Assembly (NCBI GenBank): GCA_039810425.1
Contig: JBDHWW010000040.1
Span: 1-25,361 of the forward strand
Direction: 5' to 3'
Origin: Pseudobdellovibrionaceae bacterium
GTDB lineage: Bacteria; Bdellovibrionota; Bdellovibrionia; Bdellovibrionales; Bdellovibrionaceae
DNA length: 25,361 nucleotides
The position numbers and the translations under genes are program-made. How positions within the stretch are numbered: position 1 is the stretch's first letter; every line of letters starts with the position of its first letter. The notes below the pieces were generated by a model. That model ran no database searches. It was not told where the DNA came from and saw only the letters and a list, made by a program, of their open reading frames with translations. Of the stretch, positions 8,191 to 16,842 are shown piece after piece.

Positions 8191-8748
8191 ATGAAAACAG
8201 TTTTAGCCGTAATAACACTTCTTGGATTTTCAAGCGCTCAAGCGACTACTGTGCAAGCCACAAAAGGACATGTGGAGTTCCTCGCGGTCGGCAAACCCAG
8301 CGCCATCAAAATTCGCGGTAAAGGCGACGACCTGAAAGGCGATTTACAAGTCAAAGATAAGACCGTCACTGGCAAGTTGTTCTTCAATTTGGATTCTTTG
8401 AACACAGGCATAGAGCTTCGCGATTCTCACATGAAAGAAAAATATCTTGAAACAGGTAAGTTCAAAACAGCCGAGCTTAATTTGAAACCTGTGACTTTGA
8501 GCCAAGATCCCTGCAAAGAAGATGTTAAGGCGGAGAAGGTTCCGTTTGAAGGAACTCTCAAACTTCACGGTGTTGAAAAACCGGTGAAAGGTGATTTCGA
8601 CCTGACCGCAAAAGCGGGAAAGGGCAATAGCAAAGTGCGTTTTGATTCAACCATCAGCGATTATGGTATCAACATTCCAGTTTACCTTGGAATTAAAGTT
8701 GCCGACAAAGTTGAAAATACCGTGGAGCTTGACTGGACATGCAAGTAG
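8191..8748 (+). CDS. YceI-family (polyisoprenoid/lipid-binding) periplasmic protein
   Basis: Signal peptide; SLNTGIELRDSHM..KYLE..KF, GTLKLHGVEKPV and SDYGI motifs; starts 3 nt after the cytochrome stop. Confidence 0.92.
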   Translation: MKTVLAVITLLGFSSAQATTVQATKGHVEFLAVGKPSAIKIRGKGDDLKGDLQVKDKTVTGKLFFNLDSLNTGIELRDSHMKEKYLETGKFKTAELNLKPVTLSQDPCKEDVKAEKVPFEGTLKLHGVEKPVKGDFDLTAKAGKGNSKVRFDSTISDYGINIPVYLGIKVADKVENTVELDWTCK

Positions 8749-9848
8749 TTCGCGTTCTTTCCGGACTGTTGATTTTCGCCGCCGCACTGTCAGCTCAAGC
8801 CTTTCCGGAAATGATCCGTTTAGGTTATGTGAACTGTACAGCTTGTCACGTGTCGCCGAATGGCGGGCGCCTTCTGACAGACTACGGTCGCTCGATCTCT
8901 TCAGAAGCGCTCAGTACTTGGGGTGCTCCTAAGGAAGAGCTCCCTGGTCACGGCTTCTTATCGGAACCTCCGGCATGGCTTAAAGTAGGTGGTGATGTTC
9001 GTTGGATTCAAACCTACGTCGATAATGCGCAAGCAACCGCAACATCCGCGTTTCTGATGCAGGCGGATTTCGATTTCGGTCTGAATTTTGGTAAGTTCTG
9101 GTACATGCAAAGCTTGGGTGTGCAAGGTGGCCCGGAGGGGACACCGGGAAAAGGCGAGTTTGTCGCTCACACTTACTATGCGCAGTACAACCCAACGGAA
9201 GAGTCTTACACGCGCGCGGGGAAATACCTTTTGCCGTATGGCTTGAATATACCGGATCATACGTCTTTCATTAAACGCAATCTGGGTTTTGACCAAGGCC
9301 AAGAAACTTACAACCTAGATGTCGGCACGATCGGTGAACAGTGGAATTTTGTCGGTGCTTTGAGCTTCGGGCGCAAAGACAACCGCAATGTGGATCTTGA
9401 GAAGGGGGCCTCTTTCCAAATGGCTTACAATTTGGGTGACACTCATAAGCTGATTGGCAGTTTTGCGTATTTAAAAAATGAAACTTCGCACAGGTACTTA
9501 TTGGGGCCGCAGATTCTTTGGGCCTTTAATGCAAAGTGGGTTTTCCTCGGCGAATACGACTATCAAGAAAAGGTGACCGAGAGTCCCGCAAAGAGCTCAC
9601 AGAAAGGTGCGGTGATATACAGCCGCCTTCAGTACGAATGGACCAAAGGTTTCCATTCTTATTTATTGCATCAGTTTTCGTACTTGGATTTCACGCAGCT
9701 TCGTACGCGCGTGAATAGCACGGGCTCAGGGGTGTTGTGGTACCCGCGCCCGCACTTTGAGGTGATGGCCGAAGTTGATTATAGCGAAGTCGCTGAGGTT
9801 AATACTTATAACACCGTTTCATGGTTGTTGGGGCATTACTACTTCTAA
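8739..9848 (+). CDS. outer-membrane beta-barrel with N-terminal CxxCH (cytochrome-porin fusion, Cyc2-like architecture)
   Basis: Signal peptide; AFPEMIRLGYVNCTACHVSPNGGRLLTDYGR directly after the cleavage site; the remainder is aromatic-rich amphipathic strands; terminal Phe (GHYYF); overlaps yceI by 10 nt. Confidence 0.8.
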   Translation: MQVVRVLSGLLIFAAALSAQAFPEMIRLGYVNCTACHVSPNGGRLLTDYGRSISSEALSTWGAPKEELPGHGFLSEPPAWLKVGGDVRWIQTYVDNAQATATSAFLMQADFDFGLNFGKFWYMQSLGVQGGPEGTPGKGEFVAHTYYAQYNPTEESYTRAGKYLLPYGLNIPDHTSFIKRNLGFDQGQETYNLDVGTIGEQWNFVGALSFGRKDNRNVDLEKGASFQMAYNLGDTHKLIGSFAYLKNETSHRYLLGPQILWAFNAKWVFLGEYDYQEKVTESPAKSSQKGAVIYSRLQYEWTKGFHSYLLHQFSYLDFTQLRTRVNSTGSGVLWYPRPHFEVMAEVDYSEVAEVNTYNTVSWLLGHYYF

Positions 9849-11101
9849 CCACGGATTTGGCCGGTGCCGTCGATCAGCCAGCGTGGGCTTGTCAGTTCAC
9901 GAAGGCCGACGGGGCCGCGCACATGCAGCTTCTGCGTGCTGATCCCGAGTTCGCCGCCCAAGCCAAATTCAAAACCGTCGGTGAATCTTGTCGAGGCATT
10001 CCAGTAAACGGCCGCGGCATCGATCTCTTGCTGGAAGAGGCGCGCTTTTTCTTCGGATCTTGTCACAATCGCCTCAGAGTGCATAGAGCCGTGCTGATCA
10101 ATGTGTGCGAGCGCTTCATCAAGGTTTTTCACCACTTTGCAATTCATAATCAGATCCAGGTACTCCGTATCCCAGTCGGCGGCCTTTGCCGGAGTCACAC
10201 GCTGCTCATCCTTAAGCACATCAAGAGAGACCTCATCCGCATGCCACTGTAAGTTTTTCGGCTCCGTGGCTCGGTAAAGCATCGGCAAAAACCGGGCCGC
10301 GATCTTCTCGTGCACCAGCACTGTTTCAAGCGCATTACACACGCCTGGGCGCTGGGTCTTGGCGTTGACGACGATCTTAACCGCCATTTCAAGGTCCGCA
10401 TCCTCTTCAACGTAAGTGTGGCAGAGGCCACGGTCATTTTTAATGATCGGCATAAGGGCGGTGCGCTGAACAAAGTCGATCAGTTTTTCGCCGCCACGAG
10501 GGACAACGATATCAATGGCGTCTTTGCGTTTAAGAAGCCCTTCAACAATGCTGCGGTCGTAGTCCTCAAGCCCGTAGAATGGCATTTTGGAAAAAGCGCT
10601 AGCTGCGAGGCTCTCACGCATGAGTTTGTAGAGGGCTTCACTGCTGTGGCTGGATTCAGAGCCGCCACGAAGTAAAATGACATTGCCTGATTTAAACGCG
10701 AGCGAAAATGCTTCGAGGATTACATTTGGACGGGATTCAAAGATCATGAAAATCACGCCGAGAGGCGCGCGGATTTTATTAAGCTTTAGACCGTTTTTTA
10801 GAATCTGACTATCAATCACCTCGCCGACAGGGTCGGGAAGAGCCGCGATTTGTTGCAAACTTTCAATCATTCCGTCAATACGTTCCCGCGTCAGGGTTAA
10901 GCGGTCGCGAAAAGAAGCCACCGTATCAGTCGGCAGAGCCTGCAGATCTTTTCTGTTGGCGGCGATAATATCGGCGGAGTGTTTACCGAGGTTCTCAGCG
11001 ATGTTTAGAAGCGCTTTGTTCTTTTCTACGGAGCCGAGCTTTCGTTGGGTGCGAGCCGCCGCGCGGAGGCCTTTGAGCACTTCTTCATATTGCGGGTTCA
11101 T
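9845..11101 (-). CDS. proA: gamma-glutamyl phosphate reductase (glutamate-5-semialdehyde dehydrogenase)
   Basis: PLGVI..IFESRPNV, VPRGG, NAKTQRPGVCNALETVLVH, NASTRFTDGFEFGLGGELGISTQKLHVRGPVGL; start ATG 11101, overlapping the proB end. Confidence 0.97.
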   Translation of the reverse strand: MNPQYEEVLKGLRAAARTQRKLGSVEKNKALLNIAENLGKHSADIIAANRKDLQALPTDTVASFRDRLTLTRERIDGMIESLQQIAALPDPVGEVIDSQILKNGLKLNKIRAPLGVIFMIFESRPNVILEAFSLAFKSGNVILLRGGSESSHSSEALYKLMRESLAASAFSKMPFYGLEDYDRSIVEGLLKRKDAIDIVVPRGGEKLIDFVQRTALMPIIKNDRGLCHTYVEEDADLEMAVKIVVNAKTQRPGVCNALETVLVHEKIAARFLPMLYRATEPKNLQWHADEVSLDVLKDEQRVTPAKAADWDTEYLDLIMNCKVVKNLDEALAHIDQHGSMHSEAIVTRSEEKARLFQQEIDAAAVYWNASTRFTDGFEFGLGGELGISTQKLHVRGPVGLRELTSPRWLIDGTGQIRG

Positions 11102-11870
11102 GGCGCCCCCCAAACTGCGTGCCGACGGCAATGCCGGTTGCAATTTGCAGCAAGTTGTTCGGCGCATCTCCACGCACGAGATGAGTTGTGATGTTGGCCT
11201 TACTGGCTGCATCTGCTGCGAGAAGTTTTGAATACATGCCGCCGGTACCGACTTTGGAAATCGCTTTGCGATCGGCAAGGGTGAACTCGGCTTTAGTGAT
11301 TTTTTTTCGGTAAGGGATCAGCTCTGCGTTTGGATTCTTATTCGGGTCAGAATCAAACAGGCCATCTACATCCGTCATCAAAACTAGACGCTCGGCCTTC
11401 ATCATGATCGCTACTTTCGAAGCGAGCGAATCGTTATCACCGAACTTGATTTCTTCGGTGGCGACGGCGTCATTTTCATTTAAGATCGGAATCACTTTCC
11501 ACTTTAAAAGCTCCGTCAGCGTGTTTTGCAGATTCTTGCGACGAACAGGATCTTTCATGTCGCCGGCGGTGAGCAAAACTTGCGAACCTAAAAGACTTGC
11601 TGATTGCAGAGCGAGATTGTACTGATCCATCACCAGTGGTTGACCGATAGCGCTCAAGGCTTGTTTTTGGGGCAGAGTGCGTTTGGTTTTGTGAAACTCC
11701 GTGCGAGCAACCGCCCAGGCAATAGCGCCGGAGGTCACCCAGATCACTTCGATGTCGTAACGTTTCCGCAGCATGGCTACTTGCTGCATCCATGCCCGCA
11801 TCAGAAGAGGGCCCCCATCGCAAACCATTTTACTGCCAGCTTTAACCACCCAGCGGCGGGTTTTTGCCAT
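11085..11870 (-). CDS. proB: glutamate 5-kinase (short form, no PUA domain)
   Basis: VVKAGS, VTSGAI, KQALSAIGQ, PILNENDAV, FGDNDSLA, GTGGMYSKL. Confidence 0.97.
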   Translation of the reverse strand: MAKTRRWVVKAGSKMVCDGGPLLMRAWMQQVAMLRKRYDIEVIWVTSGAIAWAVARTEFHKTKRTLPQKQALSAIGQPLVMDQYNLALQSASLLGSQVLLTAGDMKDPVRRKNLQNTLTELLKWKVIPILNENDAVATEEIKFGDNDSLASKVAIMMKAERLVLMTDVDGLFDSDPNKNPNAELIPYRKKITKAEFTLADRKAISKVGTGGMYSKLLAADAASKANITTHLVRGDAPNNLLQIATGIAVGTQFGGRHEPAI

Positions 11871-11983
11871 AACTGCCCTTCCTGCGAGCCCCTCAGCCCG
11901 CCATCACCCTCAAAGTCTAAAACCTAGGGTGATGCGGTCGCAAACAAAATAGCAATTTGAGGGTCTTACTTTTCTGTAATGGA

Positions 11984-12013
11984 GAAAGGCGCTCTGTTTG
12001 GAGGAGCCTTTTC
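11984..12013. terminator. imperfect hairpin, possible terminator downstream of the MORN gene
   Basis: GAAAGGC-GCTC-loop-GAG-GA-GCCTTTTC. Confidence 0.35.
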
Positions 12014-12108
12014 AGAGGACTCGACTATAGTCTTAGGTCATCAACCTTGTGGCAAAGGAGTTTCAGTAGTGGACCTTTAAGAGCTGAACGGTCTTTACTC
12101 GAGAACGC

Positions 12109-12348
12109 TCAATGGGATTTTAGCAAGAGCCCGGCGGCGAAGCGGGCTTCTTGCTCGATATTGCCTTGCGTGTCTCGAAATATCGTCGGGCCATCCAGAC
12201 AGCCATTTTGCCAGTGGCTCTCCATCATAATCTGGCCGTTTTCGTGATAGATGCAGAACAGGCCGTGTTTCACGCCGTTTTGCAAAGTCATTTTAAAGAA
12301 CACTTGTCCATTTTTATAGTTTCCAGAGATGACGATGGGCTTCGCCAT
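12109..12348 (-). CDS. small MORN-variant repeat protein (YwqK-like)
   Basis: Y.NGQ......NG.KHG....YHENGQ......W.NG.LDG repeats; strong SD AAGGAGG. Confidence 0.8.
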   Translation of the reverse strand: MAKPIVISGNYKNGQVFFKMTLQNGVKHGLFCIYHENGQIMMESHWQNGCLDGPTIFRDTQGNIEQEARFAAGLLLKSH

Positions 12349-12397
12349 GGATCCTCCTTCGCAATAGTGATTCTAAATACGCAATAGAAGTTCGTAC

Positions 12398-12691
12398 TTA
12401 GGCTGCTTTGGGAGGTTGAAATATGGATGTGCTGTATCCTTCTAAATTGATGTTTTGAATTTGGCTGAAGTAAACAGTTTCATAAACCGGCGTGACTTCG
12501 AAGTGAAAACTGGCAGCGATTTGCGCCGCATGGGTTTCCAGGGAATTGAGGTTAAATCCCTGGTCGTGGTCTTGTTGCTGCTGGTGTTGAGAGGCCGGAG
12601 AGGTGCGGATAAAGTTCGTCGACGGCTCACAGAGCTCAAAGAACAAACAGCAAAGAGTGATGAAAGCGAGAATCTGACGTGAAATCCGCAT
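12398..12691 (-). CDS. small protein with N-terminal hydrophobic segment, His/Gln-rich middle and C-terminal SIFQPPK (DUF2946/DUF6660-like)
   Basis: MRISRQILAFITLCCLFF...QHQQQQDHDQ...TSIFQPPKAA; a promoter-like sequence lies directly upstream. Confidence 0.6.
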   Translation of the reverse strand: MRISRQILAFITLCCLFFELCEPSTNFIRTSPASQHQQQQDHDQGFNLNSLETHAAQIAASFHFEVTPVYETVYFSQIQNINLEGYSTSIFQPPKAA

Positions 12692-12696
12692 ACCAC

Positions 12697-12766
12697 ATGC
12701 TAGCGCCGGAGGAAGGCATGCACAAGTCCAGCCTCCATTGCTTTCACCGGGAACAAAGTCTACTAT
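12697..12766. promoter_or_regulatory. back-to-back sigma70-like promoters
   Basis: Minus strand: TTGTGC(12725-12720)-17-TAGCAT(12702-12697). Plus strand: TTGCTT(12738-12743)-17-TACTAT(12761-12766). Confidence 0.55.
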
Positions 12767-12786
12767 GGAAGCTCAAGAGGTGCTCT

Positions 12787-13140
12787 ATGAATGTCATCGA
12801 TGCCACTCGCCAGAACATCCAAGAAATGATTGAGAAGAACCAGATAGTTATTTTTGATTTCTGGGCGGAGTGGTGCGGACCCTGCAAACGCTTTGGCCCA
12901 ATCTTTGAGGCGGTGGCGTCTCGCCACCCCGATATAAAATTCGCTAAAGTAAATACCGATATCGAGCAAGAGTTGGCTGCGGCTTTTGAGATTCGCTCGA
13001 TCCCAACGATTGCGGTGATCAAAGAGCAGGACTTAATCCTACTTCAGCCGGGTTCCGTTTCAGAAGAAATTCTAGAGCAGATTATTGCGAAGGCGAAAGA
13101 AGTCGACATGACCAAGGTCCGCGCCGATAACGATGACTGA
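12787..13140 (+). CDS. thioredoxin
   Basis: DFWAEWCGPCK, IRSIPT; SD GAGGTG before ATG 12787. Confidence 0.95.
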   Translation: MNVIDATRQNIQEMIEKNQIVIFDFWAEWCGPCKRFGPIFEAVASRHPDIKFAKVNTDIEQELAAAFEIRSIPTIAVIKEQDLILLQPGSVSEEILEQIIAKAKEVDMTKVRADNDD

Positions 13141-13201
13141 AAGAGGTCCTCCGGCGAGATTGCGGTTGAGTCCCACTTTGAAAATGTATCGGGTTGGCAA
13201 A

Positions 13202-13978
13202 TTAAAGACTTTCGAGAGCGATATTGACGGCCTCACGGGTTTGAGCGATTTCAGAAAGGACCTGTTCCGTCTTCGCGGGAGTCAGTGCCTGGATGATGGT
13301 AGCGATGTTACCAGAAGTCATCAGAACGCGGCTGAGCGTTGCTTGGCGAACCATACCCAGGGCAAGGCCGATACTCATCGCGGTTCCCGCCGTCTGTGAG
13401 ATTGCTCCAGCAAGGCGGATACGGCGGTTCAGGGTTTGGTGTTTGCGATAATCGTTCAAAGCAGTTTGAATAGATTTAAGAGACTGATCCAGCTGTGCGA
13501 GAGCTTCTGAGCTGCCGTCATCACCTGAATCCACGGCACGGGTCGCCATGATTTCTTGGCGGGCTTTGATGACAGCGCGATCCGCAGTATCTGTCGACAA
13601 GTATTTGGTTTCGCGGTAATCAAGGTATCCCGCCACCGCAGAAAGAGCCGCATTCACTGTCACGATCGTCCATTTCACTTTGCCGCTGGTGAGTGTTGAA
13701 GTGGCAGTTAAAGCCGCCAGGCTCAAACCCACAGTCGCCGTACCTACGGCGAGAATATTTGAGACCCGCCACGGGGACGTTTTACTACGCAGGGCGATTT
13801 CGGTTTCAGTCAGGGAGACTTTGAGGCGCTCAAGATCATGGCGAATGATCGCCATCTCTTGCAGGGCAAGTGCAATTTGCTGATCGCCAATGCCGTCCGT
13901 TCGTGAGTTCAGGGCCCAAACAGGGGACTGGCAAGTCATCAGTGCTGCAAGTGTCAGGGAAAGCGCGCGCATTTTCAT
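13202..13978 (-). CDS. secreted helical hypothetical protein with two hydrophobic hairpins
   Basis: Signal peptide ending VWA; coiled-coil segments alternate with Gly/Ala/Thr-rich hydrophobic pairs. Confidence 0.78.
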   Translation of the reverse strand: MKMRALSLTLAALMTCQSPVWALNSRTDGIGDQQIALALQEMAIIRHDLERLKVSLTETEIALRSKTSPWRVSNILAVGTATVGLSLAALTATSTLTSGKVKWTIVTVNAALSAVAGYLDYRETKYLSTDTADRAVIKARQEIMATRAVDSGDDGSSEALAQLDQSLKSIQTALNDYRKHQTLNRRIRLAGAISQTAGTAMSIGLALGMVRQATLSRVLMTSGNIATIIQALTPAKTEQVLSEIAQTREAVNIALESL

Positions 13979-14017
13979 TGAGTATACCTAAAGTAAGTCT
14001 TAAAAGTTTGAACGAAA

Positions 14018-14296
14018 CTAATCGCGGATGATTTTGCCGTCGTCGGTTAAAACGATCACTCCGTCCACGGTATCATCTGCGCGCAGAGTGCAGTCTTGAA
14101 TGCCTTCGTTCAGCACATCTGCCAGAGAAAGCGGGCACGTGATATTTTCAGCGTAGTGACGAATGCTTTGGGGGTCCAAAGTCGCCACGCAAGATTTAGT
14201 GGCCTTTACTTTTGCCGAGATTCGGCCTTCGCCGAGGCAACGGGCGCTCGCAGTAACCGAAGAAAGCATCAAAAGGCTGATGATCGCTGATTTCAT
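14018..14296 (-). CDS. small secreted Cys-containing hypothetical protein
   Basis: SD GGAG, signal peptide MKSAIISLLMLSSVTASA, 4 Cys in the mature part. Confidence 0.75.
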   Translation of the reverse strand: MKSAIISLLMLSSVTASARCLGEGRISAKVKATKSCVATLDPQSIRHYAENITCPLSLADVLNEGIQDCTLRADDTVDGVIVLTDDGKIIRD

Positions 14297-14412
14297 TGAA
14301 GAGCTCCATTAGTTATATAAAGAGCACTTGGTATACCACAGAATGGCGGCGGGCCATGGGAATTTCTGGGGAGCGGAAGCCTCCTTGAAATATGTTCTGG
14401 GGTGTCTAAAAA

Positions 14413-15840
14413 TCAGCCAACTAGATTACGCAAGTGCTCCACTTGCTCAGCCAGGCTCTTCGCCTGACGGAGTAGGGTTTCAGAGGACGCCGCCGCTTCT
14501 TCCGCCGAAGCGGCATTGCTTTGGGTCGCTTGATCTAACTGGTTCATGGATTGCGAGATCTGGCTGATTCCTTGTGATTGTTCCTTAGATGCGGAGGAGA
14601 TACCGGCATTCAAATCCGTCATCGTTTTTACAGACTTCACGATATTTTTCAGCGATTGTCCGCTCCGGTCCGCGATCTCAGTGCCTTTTTCCACCTGTGA
14701 CACGGATTCATTAATGAGAGATGAGATCTCCTTCGCGGCCGTGGCCGACTTTTGAGCAAGGGTTCTGACGGCGTCCGCGACGACCGCAAAGCCCTTGCCT
14801 TGTTCGCCCGCGCGTGCGGCTTCAACAGCGGCATTCAGCGCCAGAAGATTTGTTTGGAATGCGATATCGTCGATAACGGAGATGATTTCTTGGATTTTTT
14901 TAGACGAGCTGTTAATGCCGTCCATAGCGACAATGAGCTGATCCATTTCTTGATTTCCGCGGACCGCGGTATCTTGGCTTTGCTGAGAAAGGTGGCTGGC
15001 TTCAGCGGCGTTATCGGCGTTCAACTTAACCATGCTGGTAAGTTCCTCAATTGAGGCGACAGTTTCCTCGAGTGACGCCGCGGCCTCCGTTGAACTGTTT
15101 GCAAGTTGTTGGCTGGCGGCATTGAGCTGTTGGCTAGCGTGTGAAACAGTTTCTTTTGACTCAGCGACCGCCGTAGCAATTTGACGAAGATCCTTTTGCA
15201 ACCTCGCAGAAATAAGGTAGCCAACGAGGACTCCGAGGATCAAACCGACCATGCTGATGCCAGCCAATAACTTTTGCGCTAAGTCTTTAGTGGACCGGGC
15301 TTTGTTGGACCAGGACCTGGCTTGATCGCTCTGAAACTGATTTAACGCTTCTAAAGCCTTACCGTGAGCGTTGTAATCGTTACGAAAGTCCCCATCGAGA
15401 ATTTTTTTAAATTCAGCGAGGTTTCCCGCAACGCGTGCCTTCATCGCCTCGCGCCCCGATTTAAGAGTCAAATCCCAAGTTTTAGAGACCTGATCGTATA
15501 GTGCCGATTCGCCTTCTACAAAAGGCACAGACTGATATTTTTTATCGGCCTCGGTATAAAGCTTATTGTGTGCTTCGAATTTTTCTAAAAGAGTCTTGAT
15601 CTCTTCTTCGTTGATGTCGGAGTAGCCCATGCGAATGACTTGGCGGATGACGTTGCCGGTTGCTCCTGACATTTCCTGCAGTAAATTTGCATTGGGTAGA
15701 TTGATTTCGGCGACATGGCTATAGCTTTCAGCGACTGTCTGTAGTGTCGTGTAGCCGGTGGTACCTACGACGATGAGAGCAAGTGAAAGCAAGGTGCATA
15801 TAAGAATTAATCGGCCTTTGAGCGTCTGGAACATCTTCAT
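14413..15840 (-). CDS. methyl-accepting chemotaxis protein (4HB-type sensor)
   Basis: Two TM helices flanking a periplasmic helical domain; IAFQTNLLALNAAVEAARAGEQGKGFAVVA signalling hairpin. Confidence 0.96.
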   Translation of the reverse strand: MKMFQTLKGRLILICTLLSLALIVVGTTGYTTLQTVAESYSHVAEINLPNANLLQEMSGATGNVIRQVIRMGYSDINEEEIKTLLEKFEAHNKLYTEADKKYQSVPFVEGESALYDQVSKTWDLTLKSGREAMKARVAGNLAEFKKILDGDFRNDYNAHGKALEALNQFQSDQARSWSNKARSTKDLAQKLLAGISMVGLILGVLVGYLISARLQKDLRQIATAVAESKETVSHASQQLNAASQQLANSSTEAAASLEETVASIEELTSMVKLNADNAAEASHLSQQSQDTAVRGNQEMDQLIVAMDGINSSSKKIQEIISVIDDIAFQTNLLALNAAVEAARAGEQGKGFAVVADAVRTLAQKSATAAKEISSLINESVSQVEKGTEIADRSGQSLKNIVKSVKTMTDLNAGISSASKEQSQGISQISQSMNQLDQATQSNAASAEEAAASSETLLRQAKSLAEQVEHLRNLVG

Positions 15841-15873
15841 GAGCTTATCCTTCGTGAGTCAAGTGGTGGTCTC

Positions 15874-15901
15874 CTTTCGGACAAGTACTAGGTAAAAATG
15901 A
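15874..15901 (-). promoter_or_regulatory. possible sigma28-like promoter of the MCP
   Basis: Minus strand TCAT-16 nt-TCCGAAAG, same spacing as the 1898-1925 element; chemoreceptor genes are commonly FliA-controlled. Confidence 0.4.
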
Positions 15902-15993
15902 GCTATTTGTAGAGTTCCTGGGCCTTTTAAATTCGGATTCGTTTAGCAGTCCTGTTCGAGATATTTAACGAACAGGAAATCTCAAAAAAATAC

Positions 15994-16779
15994 TCAACGA
16001 GCTTTTTCTAAGTAGATATTTTGAACGTTTTCGATCCCGTATTTTCTTTCGAGGTAGCGAAGTCCAAAGTGATAGTATGCCGTTTCATTAAAGTAGTTCG
16101 TAAAGGCTGTATTGATAAATGCGCCGCCGACGGCACCCAAAAAGGGTAAAGATTCAATAACGAATTTTTCGGCGACTACGATTTCGTACTTTGAGGCCAC
16201 GCTTGCAACGAGACGGGCCAAGAGAGAGGCCGCGCCTTTTTCTGAAGTATTTTTGATAAAAGAATTAAAAGCGATCCGCTGCGAAATATACGCGGACTTC
16301 ATCGCATCGTCGGCGGCGCTTTGTTGCGAACCCATTGCAAAGATTTGCAGGCATTCCATACGCACATTGGGGTCATTGAGGTCTTCACCGAAGCTGCGGG
16401 CGATATTGGCAATCGAGCGAAACATAATTCCTGTCGTCACCGGAAGCTCCACGGCAAGGGCCAACGGTCCAAAGAACCCGCCGATGGCGCCGGTGACAGC
16501 GGTGACCGCCGCATGACCTTTGCCTTGACTGAGCGGCCGACGGGGCAATTCTTCACGTTCGACAGGAGGCAGAGTTGAAATGGAAATATCCAAGGTCTTC
16601 CGCAGGGACATTTGAACGGCTGCAGAGATCTTTTCTTGAACTCTTTGCGGTAGTGCCTTTTGCGCGAGTTCCAAAGGTTTTCCGGCTGCATTCGCAACCC
16701 GGATTAAAAAGCCCGGGCGCTCCAAAAATTCTGCGGCAGATTCTATAAACTCGATTTCCCGGCGTGAGAGATTATCCAT
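15994..16779 (-). CDS. EcsC-family protein
   Basis: TGAIGGFFG..ALAVELPVTT.IMFRSIA.IA...GEDL......ECL.IFA.G; LPFLGAVGGA.IN; R.LERKYG. Confidence 0.9.
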   Translation of the reverse strand: MDNLSRREIEFIESAAEFLERPGFLIRVANAAGKPLELAQKALPQRVQEKISAAVQMSLRKTLDISISTLPPVEREELPRRPLSQGKGHAAVTAVTGAIGGFFGPLALAVELPVTTGIMFRSIANIARSFGEDLNDPNVRMECLQIFAMGSQQSAADDAMKSAYISQRIAFNSFIKNTSEKGAASLLARLVASVASKYEIVVAEKFVIESLPFLGAVGGAFINTAFTNYFNETAYYHFGLRYLERKYGIENVQNIYLEKAR

Positions 16780-16842
16780 GGCTCTAACTATAACATGGTT
16801 TTATCCCAGCGACCAAGGTCGGGCTGAGAAATATCAAACAAT

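Noticed and set aside
11102..11278. N-terminal extension of the proA ORF
   Set aside because: Lies inside proB; ProA homology starts at ATG 11101.
15856..15866. AGTCAAGTGG match to the candidate IS end at 164-173
   Set aside because: Only about 10 nt, inside the MCP leader, with no transposase; compatible with chance.
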